Source: Candidatus Amesbacteria bacterium
GTDB taxonomy: Bacteria; Patescibacteriota; Microgenomatia; CAZETR01; Amesbacteraceae
Assembly: GCA_963736875.1 (NCBI GenBank)
Contig: CAVTQH010000002.1
Coordinates: forward strand, 334,663 to 398,662
DNA length: 64,000 bases
Direction of reading: 5' to 3'
Shown here: in pieces, positions 18,859 through 29,489 of the stretch
Layout: each line of letters opens with the position of its first letter
How positions within the stretch are numbered: the first letter of the stretch is position 1
Notes under the pieces: model-generated
Told to the model about the DNA's origin: nothing
Databases searched by the model: none
Seen by the model: only the letters and a program-made list of their open reading frames with translations
Made by a program: the position numbers and the translations under genes

Positions 18859-19668
18859 ATGGTGAAAAACAACATAATTATTCAGGTTGAACACCTTACC
18901 AAAAATTTTGGTAGTTTAACCGCAGTTAATGATATTTCCTTTGATGTCAAAAAAGGAGAAATTTTTGCCTTTTTGGGCCCCAACGGTGCCGGCAAATCCA
19001 CCACCATAAAAATGCTGACAACCTTACTGAGATCCAATAGCGGAAAAATTCTTATCGACGGACACGATCCTGTAACCGATCAGGATGCTGTCAGACACTC
19101 TTTTGGAATAGTTTTTCAGGATGCGAGTCTGGATGACGAACTAACTGCCCTGGAAAACCTCCAGTTTCACGGAGTTTTGTACAATATCCCGGCAGATACC
19201 AGGCACAGTAGAATAGAAGAACTGCTCCAGTATGTGGAATTGTGGGATCGAAGAAACAATCTGGTCAAGACTTTTTCCGGCGGAATGAAGCGTCGTCTGG
19301 AAATTGCCCGTGGTCTGCTCCATCACCCGAAAATATTTTTTCTGGACGAACCTACGTTAGGACTTGATCCCCAGACCCGGAATCATATCTGGAGCTATAT
19401 CCAAAATTTAAACCGCAGGGAAAACATCACCGTTTTTTTCACTACCCACTACATGGAAGAAGCCGAAAAGGTAGCAGATCAGGTAGCGGTTATTGATCAT
19501 GGAAAAATTATTGCCCGGGGTACCCCCGGGGTTCTTAAGAAAAAAACCAAATCCGCGTCTCTTGAAGATGCTTTTTTAGCTCTGACAGGCCATGAGATCA
19601 GGGAAGAAGAGGCAACAGGCAGAGATCATATGAGAATTGGTCACCGGATGTGGGGAGGCAGGAGGTAG
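18859..19668 (+). CDS. ABC transporter ATP-binding protein (DrrA family)
   Basis: GPNGAGKST, FSGGMKRRLEIAR, FLDEPT, TTHYMEEA. Confidence 0.95.
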   Translation: MVKNNIIIQVEHLTKNFGSLTAVNDISFDVKKGEIFAFLGPNGAGKSTTIKMLTTLLRSNSGKILIDGHDPVTDQDAVRHSFGIVFQDASLDDELTALENLQFHGVLYNIPADTRHSRIEELLQYVELWDRRNNLVKTFSGGMKRRLEIARGLLHHPKIFFLDEPTLGLDPQTRNHIWSYIQNLNRRENITVFFTTHYMEEAEKVADQVAVIDHGKIIARGTPGVLKKKTKSASLEDAFLALTGHEIREEEATGRDHMRIGHRMWGGRR

Positions 19669-19673
19669 CTGAT

Positions 19674-20423
19674 ATGAATACTATTTATATTCTCTGGTTA
19701 AGACAGCTTAAAAGATATTTCCGGTCCAAATCCCGGATGGTTGGGTCTTTAGGCCAGCCGCTGCTTTTTCTGGTGGCTTTGGGTTTTGGCCTTGGTCCGG
19801 TTTTCCAGCAGGCCGGTGCCGGTAATTATCTGCAATTTTTGGTACCCGGTGTGATTGCCATGAGCATTATTTTTACAGCGCTGTTTTCCGGGGTCGAGGT
19901 TATTTGGGACAAGCAATTCGGTTTCTTAAAGGAGACCCTGGTAGCACCGGTATCCCGGCTGCATATCATGATCGGCCGGACTTTGGGCGGGGCTACTGTA
20001 GCTGTGATTCAGGGATTGATAGTATTAACACTGGCCTCTCTTACCGGATTTAGGCCTGTAAATATAAATTTACTCCCTCTGGCATTCATTTTTATGTTTC
20101 TGATTGCTCTTCTTTTTACCGCCTTGGGAACAGCCATCGCGTCAGTTCTTGAGGACATGCAGGGATTTCAGTTAATCATGAATTTTTTGGTGATGCCGTT
20201 GTTTTTCCTGTCCGGGGCAATTTTTCCTCTGCAGAAAGGTGTTCCTTCACTATTACTTACCATTGCCGGTCTCAACCCGCTTTCTTACGGTGTTGACGGC
20301 CTGAGAGACACTTTATCCGGCATTTCCCGCTTCGGTTTGCATGTCGATTTTCTCGTATTATCATTGATAACCGCACTTCTTTTGGTAATAGGGAGTTATG
20401 TCTTCTCCAAAATCCAGATCTAA
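19674..20423 (+). CDS. ABC-2 type transporter permease
   Basis: Six TMs, FGFLKETLVAPVSR, NPLSYGVDGLR; GGAGG upstream of ATG 19674. Confidence 0.93.
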   Translation: MNTIYILWLRQLKRYFRSKSRMVGSLGQPLLFLVALGFGLGPVFQQAGAGNYLQFLVPGVIAMSIIFTALFSGVEVIWDKQFGFLKETLVAPVSRLHIMIGRTLGGATVAVIQGLIVLTLASLTGFRPVNINLLPLAFIFMFLIALLFTALGTAIASVLEDMQGFQLIMNFLVMPLFFLSGAIFPLQKGVPSLLLTIAGLNPLSYGVDGLRDTLSGISRFGLHVDFLVLSLITALLLVIGSYVFSKIQI

Positions 20424-20459
20424 GTGTAATATTAAACTTAAATATGCCGGTCACTTCAC

Positions 20460-20711
20460 TTGGCTAAAGAGAGGCCGGACTTAAATATCGTCGGAGTTCT
20501 TCCATCAGGAACCGATACTCCGGGAATGCGGGCTAGCACAGATAATCCTATCGGACTAATTGATCCCCGTGTGATTGCCGATATTGTCATTCAGGCAATA
20601 AATGGAAAATATCCTTCCGGTAGTTTTATTTCAATTATTAACGATCGTTCCCGTGATTGGTGGGAGACTCGAGACCAATATACTAGGGTTTATGACGTTG
20701 ATAAAGCGTGA
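20460..20711 (+). pseudogene. C-terminal remnant of a short-chain dehydrogenase (SDR)
   Basis: LAKE.PDLNIVGVLPSGTDTPGM...IDP..IAD.V resembles an SDR C-terminus; Rossmann and YxxxK parts absent; TTG start. Confidence 0.45.
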
Positions 20712-20980
20712 TTAAACATGTAAACATCCGGGTGTATGGTCGAGTACAGGGGGTATTTTTCCGCCGGTTTTGTTTACGGGAAGCACAAAAACTGCATCTT
20801 TCGGGCTTTGTCAGAAATGACGCTGATGGTACGGTGTTTATCGAAGCTGAAGGCAAAAAAACTGATCTGGAGACATTTGTTTCCTGGTGCCATCACGGAC
20901 CGTCCACTGCCATAATTGAAAAAGTGCGGGTTACACGGGGAAAACTCAAAAATTATTCCGGCTTTGCCATTACCGGCTGA
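20708..20980 (+). CDS. acyP: Acylphosphatase
   Basis: GRVQGVFFR, GFVRN..DGTV.IEAEG, GPS.A. Confidence 0.95.
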   Translation: MIKHVNIRVYGRVQGVFFRRFCLREAQKLHLSGFVRNDADGTVFIEAEGKKTDLETFVSWCHHGPSTAIIEKVRVTRGKLKNYSGFAITG

Positions 20981-21491
20981 AAATCTTCTTTACTCCCGTA
21001 TACCAGGTGTATACACATATTCCCAACCCCGCCAGTACAAAGACTACTCCCAATAAGTGAACACCTCCTCCGATTAATTTATCCCGGGAAAGCCATCCGA
21101 CTTTACCCAACAGATAATTCCAGTCATGGATTTCTCCGCCGATAACAGGCAGCAGCATGACTCTGGCATCTTTTATATAAATACTCACATTTATCAGATT
21201 ATTGCCCAGCCAAAAGACGGTAAAACCGGAAGAAAATAATTGTTTTTGGTAGGCAAAGTAGGACAAAAATAAAACCGGTGTCAAAACCTGCACGAGCGTC
21301 CCGCCCAGGACGGAAATATATTCCCCGAAACCGGCCAAAAACGTGTGTCCTGCTTCATGAATCAGCAAATTTATATTATCGAGAATTGGTAACCAGGGTT
21401 CGGGTTTGGTTAAAAGCATGACGGTAAATATTCCCATTACCGCCACAATTACGCTCCGGCTGACGATTTCTTTTCCCGGGACAGGCGGCAT
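20970..21491 (-). CDS. Membrane protein with HExGH motif (M50-like metallopeptidase)
   Basis: LLIHEAGH, GGT..Q, Y..DA....LP, HDWNYLL; several TMs. Confidence 0.75.
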   Translation of the reverse strand: MPPVPGKEIVSRSVIVAVMGIFTVMLLTKPEPWLPILDNINLLIHEAGHTFLAGFGEYISVLGGTLVQVLTPVLFLSYFAYQKQLFSSGFTVFWLGNNLINVSIYIKDARVMLLPVIGGEIHDWNYLLGKVGWLSRDKLIGGGVHLLGVVFVLAGLGICVYTWYTGVKKIFSR

Positions 21492-21493
21492 GC

Positions 21494-22960
21494 TTATTTG
21501 GTTCCCACCAGGGTTTTATAATTTCTTAAATATTTTTCCGCGGACACTTTCCAGGAATAATCCTGGTCCATACAGGTAAGGCGCAGTTTATTCACAATTT
21601 CCTTGTGCTTGAAAACTTCCACCGCTCTGGCCATGGTCAGAAGCAGAGAATTGGCTTTATATTCCTTAAAAGTAAATCCGTTCTCTTCATCCACTACGGT
21701 ATCCGCCAGACCTCCCACTAATCTGACAATCGGAATACAGCCGTAAGCCATGGATTCAATTTGGACTATCCCGCAGGGTTCGAATTTTGAAGGGTGCAGC
21801 ATAAAATCCGCTCCGGCAAATATTTGCCGCGGTAAAATTTCATCAAAATTTAAATTTATACCCACATTTTGCGGATATTTTTTGGAGATGTCCAAAAAGA
21901 ATGTCTTATATTCCGGATCACCGTCACCGTTGACTACAAACTGCGCGTCGAATTCATTTATTACCGTTTCCATTACATCTGTTATCAGGTCCAGGCCTTT
22001 TTGACTGGTCAGCCGGTAGGAAATTCCGAAAACCGGAATATTCACGTCCTTTTTAAGTGAAAATCTTTCCTGCAGAAATAATTTATTCTGCAGCCTGCTT
22101 ACCCACGCCCCTTTCTTGTAGTTCTGGTGGAGGTTAATATCGGTCAGCGGGTCATAATCTTCATAATCCAATCCATTCAGAATCCCGATTAATTTTGCTT
22201 TAACTTCTTTTAAAAGTGAATCCATACCTTCGCCATACTCCGGTGTCAGAATCTCATTGGCATAAGTAGGGGACACGGTAGTAATTAAATCCGAAAACAT
22301 TATTCCGCGACGCATACTGTTAAGTTTTGCCAGTTCCGGGGATAAGATATCGGGAATATCTGCGTGGCCGGCGTCCATGTCCATTTCCGTAACAAACCGG
22401 TGGTCAAAAGGAGCCTGGTATCCCAAATTATGAATCGTAAATACTGTTTTAATATGTTCCAGTTTTTCCAACTTTTTGTAAGTTTGATTAAAATAATTCG
22501 CCGCCAGGCCTGTGTGCCAATCGTGACAATGAACGATATCAGGTATCCATTCCTCGTAATTTCTTAAAAATTCCCACATCCCTTTCTGCAGTAATGCCCA
22601 GCGGATATGATCATCGGAATATTCATAAACGTTTGCTCTTAGTTCGTAATATTCCCTGTTTTCCAAAAAATAAGTCAAAGGTTGATTTGGTTGCTGATGG
22701 GACAATACGTTGCAAATCAGGGTATTTCCTTTATCGCTTTTTCCGGTCGGTACTTTCAGTTGATCGAGAATTTTCCTAAATTTATATTTCTTGGCATCGA
22801 TCATCCCGTATTTGGGAATCATTACCCTGGCATCCACACCTGCTTTAATCAAAGCCTGCGGCAGATAGGACATTACCCGGCTCAAACCTCCGGCGCTGGC
22901 ATAAGGCCACATTTCCGAACCCACAAACAATACTCTCAAAGGACGTTTCTGCAGTTTCAT
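21494..22960 (-). CDS. glgA: Glycogen/starch synthase (GT5)
   Basis: E..PYASAGGL, HCHDWHT, FTIHNLGYQ, TTVSPTYA.EI, GILNGLD, PSKFEPCG..Q..M.YG. Confidence 0.93.
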   Translation of the reverse strand: MKLQKRPLRVLFVGSEMWPYASAGGLSRVMSYLPQALIKAGVDARVMIPKYGMIDAKKYKFRKILDQLKVPTGKSDKGNTLICNVLSHQQPNQPLTYFLENREYYELRANVYEYSDDHIRWALLQKGMWEFLRNYEEWIPDIVHCHDWHTGLAANYFNQTYKKLEKLEHIKTVFTIHNLGYQAPFDHRFVTEMDMDAGHADIPDILSPELAKLNSMRRGIMFSDLITTVSPTYANEILTPEYGEGMDSLLKEVKAKLIGILNGLDYEDYDPLTDINLHQNYKKGAWVSRLQNKLFLQERFSLKKDVNIPVFGISYRLTSQKGLDLITDVMETVINEFDAQFVVNGDGDPEYKTFFLDISKKYPQNVGINLNFDEILPRQIFAGADFMLHPSKFEPCGIVQIESMAYGCIPIVRLVGGLADTVVDEENGFTFKEYKANSLLLTMARAVEVFKHKEIVNKLRLTCMDQDYSWKVSAEKYLRNYKTLVGTK

Positions 22961-23012
22961 ACCTGTTTTATTATAACCCCCTGACCACCAGCTGTGCTAT
23001 CATTTTAGACAG

Positions 23013-25475
23013 ATGGAGTTTCTTTTCTGGCATTACACCGAAGGTCTGAATCTGTACCTGCGCCGTTGGTATTTTCTGATGGCCTGGATTGTTCATTACT
23101 TTTCCCTTCCCATGCTGTTGCCGACGTTATTTTCACCCTGGAAAAGGCTGATCGACACCGAAGAGATAGTCGGCTTCAACATCGAAAAAATATTCCGCCA
23201 ATTCACCTTTAATCTTATTTCCCGGGGAATTGGTGCGATAGTCAGATTATTTCTTTTCTTCTTCGGATTACTGGCATTCTTTCCCACTTTTCTGATCGGT
23301 CTTATCGGCCTCATTTTCTGGGTAGTTTGTCCTTTCATCGGACTTGCTTATTTTTTCACATCCGACAAACACCATCACCGCTTCTTTACCCATTTGATGG
23401 ATAAATTAAAAGCCGATCCGCCACAGGTCATAAATACCCTTTTTAATAACTCTCCCGGCAGGTTTGTCCTCTCAAAAACAGGAATCAGCATCGAAACATT
23501 GTCCGGTTTGGGTGACCCGTCAAAATTGGATCTTTCCGGTCCCGATCCGGTCTGTTTCGAAGACATCGTCTGCAGGTTCATCAAATCCTCTGTATGGCAG
23601 GAGGAAGATCTGCAAAAACAGGATATCAAATTTTCGGATTTGGAATTATCTGCGAGATGGTGGGACTTTGCATACGGATCCAAGACCGAAGCGGATGAGG
23701 ACACTTTGAAACTCAGCCGTCCGGGGTTGGGTTTGGAGTTGCTTTTTGGCTACACCCCGAGATTAAACTCACTTTCAACTGATCTTAGTCTGCCTCTGGA
23801 ATTTTCTCATCACCTGATTGGCCGTGAAGCTCTGGTTAACCGGATAGAACGGGAGCTAACCGGAGGCAACAGCGTGATTTTGGTAGGTCTCCCCGGAGTG
23901 GGTAAAAAAACGGTCGTTCTGGAATTTGCCAAAAGAGCTGTCGAAGGCGAACTGGGATCCAGCATGATTTATAAACGGGTTTTAGATCTCGACTACAATT
24001 TTCTCCTCTCCCAATCTCTGGATGTAAATCAGAAAAAAGCTCAATTGTCATACCTTCTGACCGAAGCCTCACAAGCAGGCAATGTAATTTTGGTAATTAA
24101 AGACATTCACCGTCTAACCCACCCGGATATTGAAGGTCTGGATTTTACCGATTTATTTGATAAACATCTTGAAGGCAGGAAACTGAAAATTATCGCCATC
24201 AGTACCCAGGCTGATTATGAACGGTTTGTTGTTCCCAATACCCGTTTGCGTAAGTTTCTCCAGCCCGTGGAAATTACACCTACTTCCCGGGATGACGCTC
24301 TGTTTATCATTTTTGAGGCAGCTTCCCAGTGGGAAAAAAGTAAAAAAATCACTTTTTCCATTCAATCCCTGGAACAGGTTTTAGACGGCAGTGACAGGTA
24401 TATCACGGACACTCCGTTTCCGGAGAAAGCATTGGAGTTATTGGATCACCTGGTGGTTTATTTGGAAAAAAACGATAAATTACGGGCGGATCCGGACGAC
24501 GTTAACACGGTGCTTTCAGAGCAGACGGGAATTTCCCTGGCGCATCTTACCAAACAGGAAAAGCAGTTACTGGTGGACCTGGAAAGTGTTTTACACCAGA
24601 ATTTAATAGGTCAGGATGCCGCCGTCTCCCTGATCTCAAAAAGTCTGCGGGCTCGGACTATCGGGGTAAAAAATGAAAATCGGCCGGTAGGCTCATTTCT
24701 GTTTTTGGGACCTACCGGGGTGGGGAAGACCCAGACTGCCAAGACATTGGCTGATGTTTATTACGGCTCCGATAAATATTTACTGCGTTTTGATATGGCC
24801 GAATACGCCGGTCAGGAGGGTTTATCCCGTTTAATCGGCTCTGTCAGCCGCAACCAGCCGGGAGCTCTGACTTCCGCAATCAAAAATAAACCTGCCAGCC
24901 TGCTTTTGTTGGATGAGATAGAAAAAGCACCTCCCGAAGTCTACAATTTATTTCTTTCCCTCCTGGATGAAGGCCAGATTACCGATGTTTTCGGCAAAAA
25001 GATTTCCTGCCGTCATTTATTTGTTATTGCCACTTCCAACGCCGGTTCTGAAAAAGTCCGTGAGCTTATAGCAAAAAATATTCCTCCCGACCGGCTCCAA
25101 AAAGAAATTGTTGAACATATTCAAAAAAGCGGGATATTTTCGCCGGAATTTTTAAACCGCTTTGACGGAGTCGTGGTTTTTCATCCCCTGTCATCTCCGG
25201 AACTTGTTCAAATTGCCGGTTTGCTCTTAAAGGATCTGCAAAAAAGTCTTCTGGGAAAAAATATTCACCTGGAAATTACCGATGATTTATGTACCAAAAT
25301 TGCCGGGGAAGGATTTGAACCGGAATTCGGAGCCCGTCCGATGCGCCGGATAGTGGATATCACCATCGGGGATGTATTAGGCAAGGCGATTCTTAAGGAA
25401 GATATCAAAAGCGGTGACCACATCAAAATTATCCCGGATGTCACCCCCGAGACCTATCATGTTCAAAAAGTATGA
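23013..25475 (+). CDS. ClpA/ClpB-family double-AAA+ ATPase with N-terminal membrane domain
   Basis: N-terminal TM region; NBD1 GLPGVGKK with degenerate Walker B (VIKDIH); NBD2 FLGPTGVGKT, LLLDEIEKA, PEFLNRFD, FGARPMRR. Confidence 0.9.
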   Translation: MEFLFWHYTEGLNLYLRRWYFLMAWIVHYFSLPMLLPTLFSPWKRLIDTEEIVGFNIEKIFRQFTFNLISRGIGAIVRLFLFFFGLLAFFPTFLIGLIGLIFWVVCPFIGLAYFFTSDKHHHRFFTHLMDKLKADPPQVINTLFNNSPGRFVLSKTGISIETLSGLGDPSKLDLSGPDPVCFEDIVCRFIKSSVWQEEDLQKQDIKFSDLELSARWWDFAYGSKTEADEDTLKLSRPGLGLELLFGYTPRLNSLSTDLSLPLEFSHHLIGREALVNRIERELTGGNSVILVGLPGVGKKTVVLEFAKRAVEGELGSSMIYKRVLDLDYNFLLSQSLDVNQKKAQLSYLLTEASQAGNVILVIKDIHRLTHPDIEGLDFTDLFDKHLEGRKLKIIAISTQADYERFVVPNTRLRKFLQPVEITPTSRDDALFIIFEAASQWEKSKKITFSIQSLEQVLDGSDRYITDTPFPEKALELLDHLVVYLEKNDKLRADPDDVNTVLSEQTGISLAHLTKQEKQLLVDLESVLHQNLIGQDAAVSLISKSLRARTIGVKNENRPVGSFLFLGPTGVGKTQTAKTLADVYYGSDKYLLRFDMAEYAGQEGLSRLIGSVSRNQPGALTSAIKNKPASLLLLDEIEKAPPEVYNLFLSLLDEGQITDVFGKKISCRHLFVIATSNAGSEKVRELIAKNIPPDRLQKEIVEHIQKSGIFSPEFLNRFDGVVVFHPLSSPELVQIAGLLLKDLQKSLLGKNIHLEITDDLCTKIAGEGFEPEFGARPMRRIVDITIGDVLGKAILKEDIKSGDHIKIIPDVTPETYHVQKV

Positions 25476-25523
25476 AATCTCACGGTATTACCCTTAACGG
25501 AAATATAAACTGAAGCTGAGAAT

Positions 25524-26112
25524 ATGTTCACCTTGCCTGATTTACCCTACTCCCCCGACCTGCTGGAGCCTTATATTGATAAGGAAACCATATTGGTCCA
25601 TCATGGTAAACACCACGCCGCATATGTCAAAAATCTTAACGACCTGCTGCCGGAAAAAAATGACTCCGATCTTATTGATATCTTACAAAACCTGGATTCC
25701 TTACCGGAAAATATTCGTACCAAAGTCAGAAATAACGCCGGCGGGGTATTAAACCACACTCTGTATTGGAATTGGATGTCCCCTGCAAAAACTCCCCCTT
25801 CACCGGCACTGGTTAAGATAATTGACGGGACTTTCACAAGTCTGGATACTTTCAGGGAAAAATTTATCGGGGCTGCTCTTTCTCAATTCGGTTCCGGCTG
25901 GGGTTGGCTGGTATCGGCGGATGGTCACTTAGAGATTGTTACCACCCCAAATCAGGATTCGCCGCATTCCTTTCATCAGAAACCGGTATTGGGAGTGGAT
26001 GTTTGGGAACATGCCTATTATCTCAAATACCAGAACCGCCGCGATGGATTATCTGGATGCCTGGTGGAATGTAATCAACTGGCCTGAAGTCGGGCGTCTT
26101 TTGACCGTTTGA
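25524..26112 (+). CDS. sodA: Fe/Mn superoxide dismutase (one-base frameshift near 26046)
   Basis: HHGKHHAAY, NNAGG..NH, FGSGWGWL, DVWEHAYYLKYQNRR; +1 frame continues DYLDAWWNVINWPEV to TGA at 26110-26112; metal specificity not determined. Confidence 0.92.
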
Positions 26113-27907
26113 AACGGACACGGTCCAGTTTGGTTAACAGTTTCTTTCTGATTCTTAAGTTTTTGGGCGTAATTTCCAGAAGTTCGTCATCTTCAATAAA
26201 ATCCAGAGCTTGTTCCAGGCTCATTTTTAAAGGAGGGGACAGGGTGATTTTGGTCTCTTTGTTTGAGGAACGGACATTAGTCAGGTGTTTTCCTTTTATG
26301 ACATTCATATCAATGTCGTTTTCCCGGGTATTTAAACCGATGACCATTCCCTCGTACACTTCATCCCCCGGTTCAATAAAAGTTATTCCTCTTTCCTGGG
26401 TTGTTTCCAAAGCATACGCAGTAGCTTTGCCTGTTTCAAAAGCTACCAATACTCCGTTTCTCAGTTTATCGAGTGTAGGTCCGCAGGTCTGATATCCGGC
26501 AAACAGGGTCGAGATTATTGCCGTACCCCGGGTATCGGTCAGAAGAATATTCCTGGCTCCGATCATATTTCTTTGTGAAATGCTGTAAGAAAGCTTCGTA
26601 TCCCCTTTACCGTCGGATTTCATATCCGTCATTTCCCCTCTCCTTTTTCCCATTTCTCCTGTCACCACCCCGACATACTCATCGGGAACTTCAACTGTGA
26701 CTTCATCAAACGGCTCCGATCCGTTTTTGAAAATTACCTGTGGTTTTGACACCTGCATTTCATATCCTTCACGCCTCATGGTTTCCAAAAGTATCGCCAG
26801 ATGCAGCTCACCTCTTCCGGCCACCTCGTATATTCCGGATCCCATGTCTATCATTCTGAGTCCCAGATTTTTCTCCATTTCCTTTTCCAGCCGTTCGCCG
26901 ATTTGCCTGCTGGTGATATACCTGCCTTCCCGACCCGCAAAAGGCGAAGTATTTGCCCCGATGCTGATTTTCAGGGTAGGTTCCTCTACAAAAATTTCAG
27001 GCAGTGCCTCCGGTTTTGCCGGATCGCATATTGTCTGGCCGATTTCAATTTCCTGATCTCCGGCAATGGCAATAATATCTCCCGATATGGCTTCTTTTAT
27101 TTCCTCCCGGGCGATTCCTTTACTCGTATACATTTTTTCCACATTGTATCCTCCGATAACTTTCTCCCCTCTTAAAACAGTCACTCTTTGTCCCAGTTTC
27201 AAACCACCGCGCCTGATCCGTCCGATTCCCAACTTCCCCAAATGCGGATCATAATCCAGGGTGGAAACCAGCATTTGCAGAGGCTCCTGTGTATTTACCA
27301 CAGCGTTGGGTACTTCCTTCAGAATCAGGTTAAACAGGGGAGTCAGATCACCCTTGTCTGCAGGATTATATTTATCGGGAAATTTCAAAAAAGCTTTGCC
27401 GTCACGGCTGACGGTATAAATTACCGGAAAATCCAGGTGGGTAGCCTTTGTGGCCAGTTTCAGAAACAATTCTTCAGTTTCAGTCAGCACTTCCGCAGGC
27501 CGGGAATTACCTTTGTCGATTTTATTGATAACCAGGATAATTTTTAAATTGGCCTGTAAAGCTTTCTGCAAGACAAACCTGGTTTGGGGTTGCGGGCCTT
27601 CGGCCGCATCCACCACCAATAAGGCGGCATCAGCCATGTTCAGCACCCGTTCCACTTCACCGCCGAAATCCGCATGCCCCGGAGTGTCGATAATATTAAT
27701 TTTTATCCCGTTGTATATAACAGCTGTGTTTTTAGCCAAAATTGTAATCCCTTTTTCCCTTTCCAGGACATTACTGTCAAGAATCGTGGTCTGCTGCATT
27801 TCAGCCTGGTTTTCCCTGAAGGTATGGGTCTGTTTCAGCATCCCGTCCACCAGGGTGGTTTTTCCATGGTCAACATGTGCAATAATTGCTATATTACGTA
27901 TATCCAT
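26075..27907 (-). CDS. typA: Translational GTPase TypA/BipA
   Basis: IRNIAIIAHVDHGKTTLVD, DTPGHADFGGEVER, GRGELHL.IL.ETMRREGYE, DELLEITPKNLRIRK. Confidence 0.98.
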   Translation of the reverse strand: MDIRNIAIIAHVDHGKTTLVDGMLKQTHTFRENQAEMQQTTILDSNVLEREKGITILAKNTAVIYNGIKINIIDTPGHADFGGEVERVLNMADAALLVVDAAEGPQPQTRFVLQKALQANLKIILVINKIDKGNSRPAEVLTETEELFLKLATKATHLDFPVIYTVSRDGKAFLKFPDKYNPADKGDLTPLFNLILKEVPNAVVNTQEPLQMLVSTLDYDPHLGKLGIGRIRRGGLKLGQRVTVLRGEKVIGGYNVEKMYTSKGIAREEIKEAISGDIIAIAGDQEIEIGQTICDPAKPEALPEIFVEEPTLKISIGANTSPFAGREGRYITSRQIGERLEKEMEKNLGLRMIDMGSGIYEVAGRGELHLAILLETMRREGYEMQVSKPQVIFKNGSEPFDEVTVEVPDEYVGVVTGEMGKRRGEMTDMKSDGKGDTKLSYSISQRNMIGARNILLTDTRGTAIISTLFAGYQTCGPTLDKLRNGVLVAFETGKATAYALETTQERGITFIEPGDEVYEGMVIGLNTRENDIDMNVIKGKHLTNVRSSNKETKITLSPPLKMSLEQALDFIEDDELLEITPKNLRIRKKLLTKLDRVRFKRSKDARLQAS

Positions 27908-27914
27908 ATAAAAA

Positions 27915-27932
27915 GCGCTTTATTAAAAGCGC
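27915..27932. promoter_or_regulatory. Inverted repeat GCGCTTT-atta-AAAGCGC in the typA/sigma divergent spacer
   Basis: Perfect 7-bp arms in a 38-nt intergenic gap. Confidence 0.4.
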
Positions 27933-27945
27933 AGCTAATTTTAAC

Positions 27946-28464
27946 ATGATTCAGTTCCTGTACCAAAAATTTTCCCGTCCGGTGCTTAAGTTTCTGCTTA
28001 AAAGAAACGGCGGAGATTTGGAGGCTGCCGAGCAGGTGCTTCAGGACACTTTTGTAGCCGCCTTCAAATCTTTTCACGCTTTTCATCACAAATCCGGCTA
28101 TTTTACCTGGTTATGTAAAATTGCTTTGAATAAATTATCCGATTATTATCGTCATCAGGTACACTACAGGTCGAAAATAATCATCCCTTCAATTAATCAA
28201 ATTAATTCTCTTATAGACCCCGCCTTATCGGTAGAAGAAAAATACAGTCTGGATGAACTGCGGTATTCGGTTAATAAGTGCCTGGATCTGATACCGGGGG
28301 AGTACCGCCGGTTATTGCACTTAAAATATTATTTAAAATTATCAGGCCGGGAAATTTGTCTGATTTTGAAGCTTTCCCCCCGCCAGCTGGAAGGCCGTTT
28401 ACACCGCGCCCGTCATGCTCTGGCTAAAGTGATAACCTCCTTTCACCCCGAAATAAAACCATGA
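27946..28464 (+). CDS. ECF-type RNA polymerase sigma-70 factor
   Basis: Region 2: AEQVLQDTF..A..S...F......FTWL.KIA.N...DYYR; region 4: L.....R.LL.LKY...LS..EI..IL......RLHRAR. Confidence 0.9.
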   Translation: MIQFLYQKFSRPVLKFLLKRNGGDLEAAEQVLQDTFVAAFKSFHAFHHKSGYFTWLCKIALNKLSDYYRHQVHYRSKIIIPSINQINSLIDPALSVEEKYSLDELRYSVNKCLDLIPGEYRRLLHLKYYLKLSGREICLILKLSPRQLEGRLHRARHALAKVITSFHPEIKP

Positions 28465-29484
28465 CGGATTTGGTCAAACAAATTGCCCCCGGGATATTTT
28501 CTGAAATAAAACAGGCTAAAAACATTCTATTGCATTGCCACCCCAGTCCTGACCCGGACAGTTACGGTTCAGTTCTGGCCATGTACCATTACCTTTCAGG
28601 TATTGGAAAAAAAGTTACTGTGATTGCCGGTGATTCGGATATTCCGCGAATGGCAAAATGCCTGCCCGGAATAGAGAAGATAATTCCTAAAAATTATTTC
28701 GAAATAAATCCCGGGGATTTTGATCTGTTTCTTATTCTGGACTCATCCAGTCTCAGCCAGATATCCAATCTCAAAGAAATCAAATTCCCGCCGAAATTAA
28801 GGACTGTGGTAATCGATCACCATTCTACAAATGATATTTTTTCTGATATCAATTTGGTTGATGCTTCTTACCCTGCCACAGGTCAAATAATTTTCGATCT
28901 TTTTAGGCTTTGGGGTGTAAACATCACCGGGGGTATAGCTATTTGTCTTTTACTGGCAATATATACCGATACCGGCGGACTGAAGTTCGAAAAAACCGCA
29001 TCCGGACACATTTTTAGCAGTTGCAGAACTGGTAAAAATCACTCCCGATTATTGGAAATATATTTTTGAATTTGAAAACCAAAATGATCCCGAAAATATC
29101 TATTATGAAGCTCTTGCTCTTTCCTCAATTAAACTGTTTTTCAACCACAGGGTGGCAATTGCAGTCATTCCTTACAAAGAGTTGCACAAGCGGGGTATCA
29201 GAAAAGTCCATACCGAAAAAACCAAAATTGCCAACCGGCTCAAATCAGTAACCGGATGGGAAATCGGGATTTGTTTTGTGGAAAGAGAAGCAGGAGTGAC
29301 TTTTGCCAGTTTCAGAACCAGAGATTCCTCCAGGTTTGATGTAGCCAAAATTGCCAAAGCCACCGGCTCCGGAGGAGGTCATGCGGGAGCCGCGGGAGCC
29401 ACCTATAAAATACCGTTTACCCGGGCTTTGACGTCTTTGTTGACCACAATCCGTGAAGTATACCCGGAATTGGGCAATCCGTAG
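28461..29484 (+). CDS. nrnA: DHH/DHHA1 phosphoesterase, NrnA-like (one-base frameshift near 28998)
   Basis: HPSPDPDSYGS, ILDSS, IDHH, YTDTGG; +1 frame continues PDTFLAVAEL...SFRT...GGGHAGAAGA. Confidence 0.88.
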
Positions 29485-29489
29485 ACGGA

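Noticed and set aside
28461-29484. Programmed frameshifting or pseudogenisation of nrnA and sodA
   Set aside because: Same single-insertion pattern as a dozen unrelated genes and no recoding signal; most likely sequence error
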